Assembly: GCA_964016885.1 (NCBI GenBank)
Contig: OZ024745.1
Span: 108,066,001 to 108,130,000, forward strand
Source of the DNA: Eledone cirrhosa
Taxonomy: Eukaryota
Direction: 5' to 3'
Length of the DNA stretch: 64,000 bases
This document shows positions 11,932 through 23,410 of this stretch, one piece after another. Under the pieces are notes generated by a model that made no database searches, had not been told where the DNA came from, and was given only the letters and a program-made list of their open reading frames with translations. The position numbers were made by a program, and so were the translations under genes. How positions within the stretch are numbered: position 1 is the first letter of the stretch; each line of letters begins with the position of its first letter.

Positions 11932-12004
11932 AACCAATAAACGTAATGAAGGAGTAACTAATCGTCCTTGTTATCTTATTTAACTATATATATATATATA
12001 TATA

Positions 12005-12595
12005 CATCCACACCACCCCCTTAAATGTGAAGTTATATTGGTACCACAACATCCAGTCCGAAACAAATGAGATCGTGTAGGTGTCACAACAAAAAAACAC
12101 ACAGTCCACGCTGTAATGTGGCCGTGTAGGTAACACGGTAAAAACCTCCCAGTCCACACTGTAAACGTGGTTGGTGTTGGGAAGGGCACCCAGCCGTAGA
12201 AAACCCGCCAGACGTGTAGGTGTCACGACAAAAAAAACACACAGTCCACACTGTAATGTGGCCGTGTAGATAACACGGTAAAAACCTCCCAGTCCACACT
12301 GTAAACATGGTTGGTGTTGGGAAGGGCACCCAGCCGTAGAAAACCCGCCAGACGTGTAGGTGTCACGACAAAAAAACACACAGTCCACACTGTAATATGG
12401 CCGTGTAGGTAACACAGTAAAAACCTCCCAGTCCACACTGTAAACGTGGTTGGTGTTAGGAAGGGCATCCAGCCGTAGAAAACCCGCCAGACAGTCCTAT
12501 ACGAGCAGGACAACCAATCTTGCCTCAAGCGGGAAAACTCCCGTCCAAACCCATGCAAGCGTGGAAGATGGACGTTAAACGATGATGATGATGAT
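12005..12595 (+). mobile_element. 5'-truncated RTE 3'-UTR copy with an internal ~139-bp triplication (12074-12491); another copy at about 14471-14840 +
   Basis: Matches the 3' UTR downstream of the RTE ORF at 47411-47914 (minus strand); ends in (GAT)n. Confidence 0.85.
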
Positions 12596-12657
12596 ATATA
12601 TATAAAATGAAACAACAAAAGGTTAGTTATTTTGAGCAGAACAAACCAAGAGCTTAC

Positions 12658-12751
12658 TTGCTCTAATGCAATCTGGGCTTTTTCTCGATCTTTTAGTTGC
12701 TGTTTCAGTTTCTGAACAAGATTTCCCTCATGATGAAATTTCTTTTTCAGT
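12658..12751 (-). CDS. CNTLN: Internal exon (most 5' one I can support) of a centlein-like coiled-coil gene: (x)LKKKFHHEGNLVQKLKQQLKDREKAQIALEQ
   Basis: Acceptor ctttacag and donor GTAAGC; 94 nt, phase 2 in, phase 0 out; open heptad-like frame; exit phase matches exon 9869-9963. Confidence 0.8.
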
Positions 12752-12945
12752 CTGTAAAGAAAAAGTATCATTACTATTATTATGATAAAAATATATTCAA
12801 AATAAGAGGATATTAAACATGGGGTGTCATATTTGCCACGTTACCAGACAACTATAACTAATTGTACAAAGGAACTCCTGAAAAAAAGCATCTTGAAATA
12901 TTTATCTTTACATTTGTCACTATCATAGAAATAAATTCTGCCTTT

Positions 12946-13395
12946 TAACCTTTTTGATACAAACCTGCTGGAAACTGGCCCTGGTTTTTATGATATAAAA
13001 CTGCTTGTTTTAGAAAGAAAAGGAACCAATCATCCCATCAAAGGAAGGAAACAATGTTTCCATTGATCTTTCCATTGCTGATACTATCTATCGTCCACAA
13101 TCTCTAACAGGAAAAAAGGAGCTGATTGCCAGGTCAGACCAAGAAAACAATGTTTCCATTGTTGACACTATCTACCAGTCATAAATTCTGACAGAAAATT
13201 CCTACTTGTTTTTAAAATGTTCATATCTAAATTAAAAACTTCCATTATAATTTTATATAAAAATCTTTTTGTTAAATGTTCTCAACATCAGTTGAATAAT
13301 GACACAGTTAAGCTATGTTACTAAATTCCTTAAAATACTTATTTATTTTTTTAATAAATTGAAACATGGGCTATATATATATTTCAATAGATTGA
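12946..13395. mobile_element. piggyBac-like MITE family B (TTAACC.TTT.GATACCAA...); other copies at about 40179-40377, 40948-41382, 53957-54175 and 56959-57352, reversed copies near 6990-7210 and 32577-32840
   Basis: Shared TTAA-CCCTTT terminus and AT-rich internal sequence; several copies are interrupted by younger insertions; boundaries approximate. Confidence 0.6.
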
Positions 13396-14435
13396 TCAAT
13401 GCTTTAAGAGTGAAATTTTGTAGATGAAAACTGCACAGAAACCTATCATATATACAAAAAAACTTACAAAATTACATATGAAATTTTCTCATTCTTCAGC
13501 AGCATAAAAAAAAAATGATATAATAGTATATTAAATATCAAATGATACATATCATATATAAATATAGTAAAATAAAAAATATATAATATTTATTTATATA
13601 TAGTATATATTATATTATATATAAATTAATTGTTTCTACTTTTGGCACAAGGCCAGCAACTATCCCAGTGTATTACTGGTACTTTATTTTATCGACCCCG
13701 TAAGGATGAAAGACTGGGGTCCCTATCATTCCACTGCAAAGTGGTCGTGCAGGTGCCACAGCAAAAAAGCACCCAGCACTCACTGTAAATGAGGTTGGTG
13801 TTAGGAAGGGCATCCAGCTGTAGAAATCAAGCCAGAATCAGTTCCCGTCCCACCCTTGCAAGCAGGGAAAAGCGGACGTAAAATGGTGATGATGATGATG
13901 ATGATGATACATACACAATAACAACAAGTATTTTGGGTTCATTTACCCAGCTAAAGTAAAGGTTAGCCTTCTGATCCTCATAGGTTTAATCATACTCATT
14001 ATTTTGAAGCAATGTTTTACGACAAGACGCCCTTCCTACTACCAGTCCTTTTAGCCGTGTCTTATGACATGTGTAGGCAGCAAATTGGTAAGAGTCATTA
14101 GAACGTTGGATAGAATGCTTTGAGGTATTCGCTCCAGCTTTTTGTACTCTGAGTTCACATCCTGTCATGGTAAACTTTACCTTTCATTTTTTCAAGGTCA
14201 ATAAAAAAAAATACCAGTCCAATAATGGGATCGATTCTTCCTTTATATCTCTTTCACATTTCCTCTTTATCTGGAGTAAATCGACTGGACTGTGTTCAGA
14301 TTGGAGAGGAAATGGGCTCTGCCAGGTTTAAAATGCCCTAGAAATTCTGTATGTTACTGTGGCATCATTATGACTCCATCAGAAGTTATGGATACATATT
14401 TATATCATGTGGAAACCTGTATGTGTGTGTGTGTG

Positions 14436-14469
<34 letters not shown>

Positions 14470-15067
14470 GCCAGTAGGCATCTCTAACAAAATACACCCC
14501 GTCCCACCACCCCCACCCCATCCACACCACCCCATTCTATGTAAAGTTATGTTGGTGCCACACCATCCAGGCCGAAACAAATGAGATCGTGTAGGTGTCA
14601 CGACAAAAAACACACAGTCTACGCTGTAATGTGGCCGTGTAGGCAACACGGTAAAAACCTCCCAGCCCCACACTGTAAATGTGGTTGGTGTTAGGAAGGG
14701 CATCCAGCTGTAGAAAATCTGCTAGACAGTCCTATGCGAGCAAGACAATCACTCTTGCCTCAAGTGGGACTACCCCCGTCCAAACCCATGCAAGCGTGGA
14801 ACACGGACGTTAAACGTTGATGATGATGATGATGATGATGTGTGTGTATGTGTGTGTGTGTGTGTGTGTGTACACACAAATACATATACACGTGCACAAT
14901 GTGCATGCATGTGTGCATATGCATGTACATTTATTTTCTTTCCAGCAGAATAAATGCAGGAAAGGAAGTAACTCAGAGTATCAAAGACACGAATCATCAG
15001 CTTTGAATAAGTAAATAAATACTACTATATTTTCTGTGTAATTTTTCTCCTGTTTGTACTCACAAAA

Positions 15068-15099
15068 TACACACACACTCTCTCTCTCTCTCACAGACA

Positions 15100-15133
<34 letters not shown>

Positions 15134-15309
15134 CACACACACTATCTCTCACACACTCTCTCTCTCTCATACACACACTCTTTCTCACTCACACACTCTC
15201 TCTCTCTCTCTCACACACACTCTCTCTCTCACACAAACACACTCACACTCTCTCTCACACAGACACACTCTCTCTCTCTCTCATACACACACACTCTCTC
15301 TCACTCACA

Positions 15310-15342
<33 letters not shown>

Positions 15343-15771
15343 CCTCACACAAACACACTCACACAGACACACTCTCTCTCACTCACTCTCTCTCTCACAC
15401 ACACACTCACACTCTCTCTCTCTCACAGACACACTCTCTCTCACTCATACTCTCTCTCTCTCACTCTCTCTCTCTCACACACACACACTCTATATCTCTC
15501 TCTCTCTCTCTATCTCTCTCACACAGACACACTCACACTCTCTCTCTCACACACACACACACTCTCTCTCTCTCACACAGACACACTCACACTCTCTCTC
15601 TCACACAGACACACTCTCTCTCTCTCACACACACTTTCTCTCTCTCTCTCTCTCTCTCACACAGACACTCTCTCTCACTCACACACTCTCTCTCTCTCTC
15701 ACATACACACACTCTCTCTCTCTCTCTCTCTCTCACTCACACACTCTCTCTCTCTCTCTCTCACATACACA

Positions 15772-15805
<34 letters not shown>

Positions 15806-15865
15806 TACACTCTCTCTCTCTCTCTCTCTCTCTCACATACACTCTCTCTCTCTCTCTCACATACA

Positions 15866-15904
<39 letters not shown>

Positions 15905-15918
15905 ACACACACACACAC
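15068..15918. repeat. (CT)n/(CA)n compound microsatellite
   Basis: Read directly; explains ORF 15054..15938. Confidence 0.95.
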
Positions 15919-16023
15919 AAAGACACCAGAAAGAGTAGGGCTACTAAGCTATGAGAAAGGAGTACAGGTGTTGGGGGTGGTAGTTTCAGTGATGGTGTGG
16001 ACAGCATTAGTGGGTGAGAGAAA

Positions 16024-16478
16024 GGGGCATATGGTGATACAGTTGGTGGTGGTGGTGGTGGTGGTGGTGGTGGTGGTGGTGGGCAATATGCTGGTGGGGT
16101 GGTGGTGGGGGGGTGATGGTGATCAATGGCAAAAGAGGAGGTAGATGAGTGGGTGAGGGGAAGTAGCAAAAGAGGCAGTTGTGTGTGGCGGTGGTGGTGG
16201 TGGGGTGTTAGAAAGAAGGCGATGATGGGAGATATTGGACAAATTCAATTTGGTAAATTACAGAGGAGGTTTAATGCATGCGATTAATGTAGGAAGAGTG
16301 GCCTGTGGTGGAATCTTCTAGAGATTATATGCTGTTTGACAAGGAAAGGGGGGGGGGAGAATATGTTCATTAATTTTGGCAGTGGGGCAGTAACATTGAA
16401 ACTGTCATCAAATGGAAGCAGGCTTTGGGCACAATGTTGTGTTCAACTGGAGAGAAGAAGAAGAAGAAGAAGAAGAAG

Positions 16479-16509
<31 letters not shown>

Positions 16510-17095
16510 GATTATTCTGAAGGGAGGAATTATTGTTGTGGTTATTACATGAGTAATCATTATGTTGTTGAGAAGAAAGGAAGGAAGGTGGGACAGACAG
16601 ACAGACAGACAGAGGGAAGGAAGGGGAGTGGTGTCGAGAGGTAGAATGAAGAAAAGGAAGGATGTGGGGAGAGAAAGAAAGGGAGGAGTGAGAGAGGGGG
16701 TGAAAGAGAAGGAGTGAGAGTGAGTGGATGGAATAAACAACAGTGTTGAAGATAGAAAGTGAAAAACAGAGAGAGAGAGAGAGAGAGAGAGGTGGTGACA
16801 GAGTAAAAGATGAGGGGAATAAAAAGAGTAACAAAATCAAGAAAAGAGATAGCATGGGAAGAAGGAAGAGGAGAGGTGGATATAAAGGTAGACAGAGAGT
16901 AAAAGATAGATAGATAAAGAAGGGAGAAGGGAGGAGGGGGGGAGTTAAGAAAGATGCAAGGGTAAGAAAAGATGGGAGAGAAAAATGAAAAAAATAATGA
17001 AATAAATAAAAGATGTGGGGAGAGAGAGAGAGAGAGAGAAAAGGAAAAAGAATGAAAATGAGAGAGAGAAAAAGAAAGTAAAGATAAAAGAGACA
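16024..17095. repeat. Purine-rich low-complexity tract with (GGT)n, (GAA)n and (GA)n runs
   Basis: Read directly. Confidence 0.85.
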
Positions 17096-17429
17096 ACAAT
17101 ATATAATTGTTTCTACTTTTGGCACAAGGCCAGCAATTAACCAGTACATTACTGGTACTTTATTTTATCGACCCCGTAAGGATGAAAGGCAAAGTTAACC
17201 TTGGAGGGATTTGAACTCAGTCCGTAAAGGGACGTAACTCTATGCTAGAAAGCATGGCGTCCGACCCTCTACTGATACTGCCAATCCACAGAGGAAAATG
17301 AATTCAGTAAAGAAAAATAAAAAATTAAAAAATAGTTAACAAAAGAAGGAAAGCCTTGAACTAGAATAAGGGAATAGTCAGGACAGCTCCTTGCTAAAAT
17401 TTCATGAGGGAGTCTATATGGTTGAAGTA

Positions 17430-17870
17430 CACCTCATACAATTGTTCCTCTTATTGCAGTGCATTGGCAACAGCTTCCTTACATGTTATGCAAACTTTCT
17501 GTCTCGCTTCCTTTCTAGCTAGTTGGTATTGTTATTCCTCGTCTTCTTTCTTCCAGTCTTTCCAGACATGTCTTATAGCATTTATGGCTCAATCCAGAAA
17601 ACTGCTGTGTCACCAAGTCACCTTAATCTTGTTAGTAGTTCACGTTTTCACTTAGAAACTCTCAATTGTCCTATATGTCATATGTATTGATTTTCTCCTT
17701 TGTCTTAAGTGCCACATTCAAACTTTCTGAGCTTATATTTAATAGAAGGGTCCTTTACTTTCCATGCCTTCCTTCTCCAGATTGTCCAGCATTTCTGATT
17801 CCATCCGGTTCTCATTCTAAATTCTCTGAGGAAACACTTACTATTCACAACAGTATGTCTATCCAAGACC
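17430..17870 (-). mobile_element. Decayed RTE-clade LINE fragment (region between endonuclease and RT)
   Basis: Minus frame AIRHVWKDWKKEDEE*QYQLARKEARQKVCITCKEA...EEQLYEVYF resembles the RTE linker; many stops. Confidence 0.55.
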
Positions 17871-19564
17871 AGATTTAAACCTTGAAGGCATGGAGCAGTT
17901 CATGTTTGGTGGGCCCTTCATATAACAATACACACACATATATATATATAAATATATACACACACACACATAAGCAGGAAGAGAGTGAAAGTAAAGAAGG
18001 GGTTTGTTTGGAAAGGTAGGAGGGTTCTGTTTGGTGGGGCAGGGGCATTCAGCCCCCCACCTCACCCCATCCATAATTCTGGCCCAGTATATCTAACCCA
18101 TGTTCTTATGCATATGAAATCAATGTGGCTTGTCTGTTTGACAGAGTAGTTAGACAGTTTCCTGAAGTTATCATTGCATGTCTTAGGTAGGTTCTTTGGA
18201 TCACAGCACTTAACCCTTTAATGTTCAAACTGGCCCAAACCGGCCAGAATTCTCAACCTTTTTCTGTTGAAACTGGCTGAAACTGGTCACTCAAACTGAT
18301 GTTAAGGTATTGTTCTCAAAATAAATACTTTCAAAATCTCATAGATTCGATATTATGTGAGATAATTATGCGAGGTAAAGCCTTTACCATGAAAATATAA
18401 TAGTATATATAGAGTAATGTGAATGCTAAAGGGTTAAAGAGCTTTGATCAGTCTTTATTTCTTGAGCAATATCCACAGCCCGTCTGTACTCCAAAACACC
18501 CATTTGTGTATGTGTGCATGTGTAAAAAGGATTAAAATAAAATAAATTGAAGTGAACAAAAAAGAAAAAGTGGGGCTATAACCTCATTTGTTTTCCAACT
18601 TCCAACTTTGTCACACTTGTTCACTTGTAATTATAGATATTGTAACTAAGCCAGAGAGGTGAGAATATAAGTCTTTCCATATATATTATTAGGGTGGCAA
18701 ATTAGCAGAGTCATTAGAACGTCGGATAGAATATTTTATGGTATTCGTTCCAGCTCTCTGCTCTCCGAGTTCAACTTTGCCTTTCATCCTTTCGAAGTCA
18801 ATAAAAAAAGTACCAGTCTAGTAGTACTGGGGTCGATTCTTCCTCTATATCTCTTTCTCACTTTCTGTTTTTCTCTGGAAGAAATCTGCTGTACTCAGGA
18901 CTGGGGAGGGGTGGGCTCCACCAGGTTTAAAATGCCAAAGAAATGTCATATGTCAATATGGCACCCCTACGACTCTATCTGGAGTTATGTGACTGAATTT
19001 CTAATGTCCTAAAACACCAAACTTTTTGACACTCCTCACATCCAACTTCTAAAAATGTTTTGCATTATAAAATAAAATTTCAAATGCTGACTTATTGAAA
19101 CTTATTTTCTAAAAAGAGTTTGTTAGACCAGAAGTTGAAATAAAACCATGTTGGGCTGTAAAGTGGTTGGTGATAGGAAGAGCACCCATCCATAGAAAGC
19201 TTGCCAAACAACAGAGTTCATTTCATTTAATTTCATTTTACGTCCGCTTTTTTCCCTGCTTGCAAGGGTGGGACGGGAACTGATTCTGGGTTGATTTCTA
19301 CAGCTGGATGCCCTTCTTAACACCAACCTCATTTACAGTGAGTGCTGGGTGCTTTTTTTGCCGTGGCACCTCCACGACCACTTTGCAGTGGAATGATAGG
19401 GACCCCAGTCCCTATCATCTCATTTCTACAGCTGAGTAAACTGGAGCAATGTGAAATAAAGTGTCTTGCTCAAGGAAACAACACATCACCTGGTCTGAGA
19501 ATTGAACTCACAACCTTTCGATTGCAAGGCCAATGCTCTAACCACTAAGCCATGGGCCTCCATA

Positions 19565-19644
19565 TTATGCTCTCGGTATTGCCTCTTGCCTCATTAATTT
19601 GATCACCTAAGTAGCAGAAGCTATCAGTCTCTTCTATGGAGCCA
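19565..19644 (-). mobile_element. Short RTE RT fragment
   Basis: GSIEETDSFCYLGDQINEARGNTESI parallels GSIEIVDSFRYLGDKISSGGGCSEST in the 47915 ORF. Confidence 0.65.
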
Positions 19645-19990
19645 TATATATATATATATATAGGGGTCCTTTCTTGCTCACACCTCACTCGCGTCGGACG
19701 GTCTGCTGTCTCTCACTCATGAAATCCACACAGCTTAAGCTGATCGGACTCCCATGTGCTTGTTTTTTCCTATCTTTGCGTTGCAATCCTTCTATGTTTG
19801 TTTACATGTCTCGCTCGCTTTACGCGATTTACTTGTCCCAATAGCTTTATTTAGCTATTGCTTGCACCAACTGGAGGTATATGATTTTTAAAGCGATGAA
19901 ATACCAATGAAGGTTGGAAAATCACTGATGAAGGACTATTTTTATCATATGTAACCCATGTGCAACCACGCAATATTCATTCTTCTCATG

Positions 19991-20032
<42 letters not shown>

Positions 20033-20933
20033 TGACCCCCCCCCCTCCATTTATGTTTATGTTTTCCAGATTAAAATCCAAAGTTATGTTGATAAATACA
20101 GATTGTTAAAAGTACCAAACTAAAATGACTACTAAAGACAAAATGACTGATTAAAACCCTTGAAGATGGTGATCCAGTATGGTCACAGTGAAATGTTTGA
20201 CACCAGCAAAGAAATAACAGAATACTTACTTCGAAATGTACCAGTGTGATATTAGCTGTTTCCTAAACATACAGAGATGCCATTATAATGTTATATGTGG
20301 GAATTTGGGGTGTTGAGGGTAATTATAGGTCGTTGTTTTGCCTGCTAGAAATAGTAGCCAGGACCACCGCGAATGACATTTAAGAAAGGACACATTGGAT
20401 AATGTAGTCCTAGGTACACAATGCTTAAAAATTATATAACAGATCTGATGACCAAAATAGGAATCCCTTTCATTCAAGTCAGCTATATCAAACAACAAAT
20501 TTTTTAGATACTAAATAAGGAAATGTTTGAGGTCCTTTTCACACTAGTTCAATAATTTAGCTAAAAGATTTCAAAGAAAAGAAAATGAAAACTTTTAGAA
20601 GAGTTGATATTAACAAACTTAAAATAATATTTAGTGACTATATATAAAAAGGCAGCGGATTGGCAGAGTATTTAGAATGTTGGATAGAATGTTTTGCGGT
20701 ATTCATTTCTGCTCTTTGAGGTCAAATCCGCTTAGGTTAAATTTGTCTTTTGAGGTCGATAAAAAAGTACCAGTCAAATACTGGAGACAGTTCTTCTACT
20801 ATATCTCTTTCTCACGTCCATTCTCTCTATCCTTCTCTGCTCAAACCTGCAGAGTAATGGGATCCATCAGATTTTTTTTAATGCTCTAGTAATGACTTAT
20901 GTCAATACGGCGCTCCTAAGACACCCTCATATT

Positions 20934-21033
20934 TACAGGGTGTCCCCCAAAATATATACATATTTTGATTACCTGTACAGACAATATTTATTACAATGCT
21001 GTTGAAATGTGTATACATTTTTGCAGGGACGCC
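20934..21033. mobile_element. Tiny Tc1/mariner-type MITE (~100 bp)
   Basis: TACAGGGTGTCCCCCAAAATATATACATATTT at the left end and an imperfect inverted copy AAATGTGTATACATTTTTGCAGGGACGCC at the right. Confidence 0.6.
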
Positions 21034-21849
21034 AAAGAAAAATATATACAAGGTACATAACTCGCAATATATCTTTGTAAGAGTTATTCCCCTTCGATAA
21101 TATATATATATATTTTTTTTTCAGAAGTATTTTATTAAGTATTTTTCAAAATAAAGAAATAATTGTTTCTACTTTTGGCACAAGGCCAGCAATTACCCAG
21201 TGTATTACTGGTACTTTATTTTATTGACCCCCATAAGGATGAAAGGCAAAGTTAACCTCGGCGGGATTTGAACTCAGAATGGCAAGGGCCGTAACTCTAT
21301 GCGTCAAAGCATGTGTCCGACCCTCTACCGATACTGCCAATCCACGAAATAATATTGTGTTCCAGTATTTCTCAACATAATATAATACGTGTTTCCGATA
21401 AAGGCAGAAGCCACAACTTCTCATGAAGATTTATTCGATTCAGCAGGCTTAAGATCAAAGGAATTCTTACTTTGAACATCCCATTTTCTTTTTTTTTTTA
21501 TGTAACGGTGGACCCAGGACTACATTATACATTGTGCGTGATTTGAGGAACGTGTTTCTATTATATCAAGCTACAAGGTGGTGTTTCTCTCGGGTGTACG
21601 TAAAGTAACCAACAATCGACAGATAGAATATTTTCCAAAAAAGTCCATACCTATCTTTTACAGACAATCCCAACCACCCTAATGTTTTAGAAAGAGAATT
21701 TAGTCATATGAAGCAAAATGAAAAAAACTAAAAAAATAAAAGAGAAAAAGGAAAAAAATATATGACTAAATTTTATTTAGAAACACTCTATCTTGTTTTT
21801 GTGTGGAGATGTAGTTATAAGTATTAATGTGGTGTGGTAAACAAATATA

Positions 21850-22140
21850 CACCAGGTCCAAACACAATGGAATCAAACTCCCACTGTCACCGTCTCTCCC
21901 ACTCTCCCCATCTATTATAAGCAAATGGGGACCCACGCACTGGCTGCCCCGTGGCCCCAGCTGACAGAGTAGAAGAAGGCGTTTCCTTTGAGGATGGTGA
22001 GGGAGTCGCGTTGGAAAAGCCATTCCAGCTTGTGAGGTTCACACCTGCAGGTAGCCAACTCTGTACCGATGGTGGTGAGTAGGGAGGTGGTCCAAGGGCC
22101 AAAGACGCCAGAAGTCTCCACTGCTACTTTGAAATCCAAT
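21850..22140 (-). mobile_element. CRE-clade non-LTR retrotransposon 3' fragment (end of the restriction-like endonuclease)
   Basis: VAVETSGVFGPWTTSLLTTIGTELA...EPHKLEWLFQRDSLTILKGNA matches the recalled CRE C-terminal pattern AVETxGxxG...LxQRxSxAxQRGNA. Confidence 0.75.
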
Positions 22141-22349
22141 TTGGCGAAACATTGTAATCAGGTAATATTTCTAGGTTGGTATTCTGTTGTTTAATGAAAC
22201 AACATTGGGCATGATACTCTTATTTTGCAGGTAAAATTCCTAGACCTGGTATCTACTTTAAATTCGAGCTGAATAAAAATACAGAGAATTACGAGGTGCA
22301 CCCATAGATGTAACCCATCTAAAATGGATATTAGCACACTAACTGGTCA

Positions 22350-22820
22350 TTTGGTTCCTCAGTCACACAGCAAACAGGCCACTATGCTCTTTCATCTTTT
22401 TCTGTCCTTGGCAAGCATTGGGGCTTGAAATCAGTTTGTATCACAGCTGCATGGGTCATCTTTTAGAATGGATCTCCAGATCTTCTTTGGTTTACCCTTT
22501 AGGCTTTTCCCACCAGCTGGTAACCATGTCATTTTAGTTCTGGCTGGGATATTGTCCCCATTCGTAGGACATACCCTGCCAGCTGCATTCTTCTGCTCTT
22601 CATGACAAGACTCAGATGTGTGACATTGGCTCTTTGAAGCACCTCTTTGTTTATGATCTTGCCTTGCCATGTAATACCCAGGAATTTTCAGAAGTATCTT
22701 TGTTGGAAAGTATCAAGTTGTTTTTCAGTTTTGGCAATACTTTTCCACATATTCAGAAAGCAATGTTGCCTCTCCCTAACCTGTAAACATAAATGTCATG
22801 AAACAATAATTCTCCAGGCT
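22350..22820 (-). mobile_element. Decayed RTE-clade LINE 3' end
   Basis: Frameshifted LDTFQQRYF*KFLGITWQGKIINKEVLQRA...RRMQLAGYVLRM and PARTKMTWLPAGGKSLKGKPKKIWRSILKDD. Confidence 0.8.
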
Positions 22821-23139
22821 GCCATTTGTAAATGCTAGACTTCACCATTACTGAGGAATACTCATAGTTAACATAGCAAAGAATACATCACAAAGACTAA
22901 CTTTCTTCTTCAGGACCAGAAAATACTTAAGTCTCCAACAAATACTATCTCAACAAAACTCAAGTGAGATCCACAATGGAGTACTCTAGCTACATGTCCA
23001 TCTTAATTTGTCATCCAGTTTATCACCACCATCTAGCCCTTGGGTGCTTTTAGCAGAACCCACTCTGTTGCAATTAATTCTGGTTTGAGGATATTTTTCT
23101 TCTTCCTTCCTGACTAAATCAGTCTTAAAATGAAGTCTG

Positions 23140-23410
23140 TCTCGAGTCTGGAGGATCATCAGGTCAGTGCTTATCTCGGTTTCTATGGCATAAAGCAACT
23201 GAGAGTAGAAGACTTCCTCCTGGGCAGGATGCTAGCCCATTGCAAGGTTAAACCTCCAGCTATTGCTGGTACTCATTTGCAGTTGAGTCTACTGGGGCAA
23301 CGTGAAATGAAGTGTTTTGCTCCAAAACACAACACACAAGCCAGTCCAGGAATCGAGCCCACAACATTATAACCATAAGTCCAACACCCTTACCACTAGG
23401 CCACGTGCCC
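23140..23410 (-). mobile_element. Older tRNA/CORE-type SINE (related copy at about 43005-43290 +)
   Basis: Head GGCACGTGGCCTAGTGGTAAGG...CTCGATTCCTGGA followed by CORE-like TTTTGGAGCAAAACACTTCATTTCACGTTGC. Confidence 0.7.

Noticed and set aside
19925-19960. CTGATGA box in a (TA)n-flanked segment
   Set aside because: No downstream GAAA or stem II; too decayed to call a hammerhead.
22162-22307. Short + strand GT-AG intron followed by GKIPRPGIYFKFELNKNTENYEVHP*
   Set aside because: The upstream exon would be mostly antisense CRE sequence and no homology is recognisable; likely chance splice signals.
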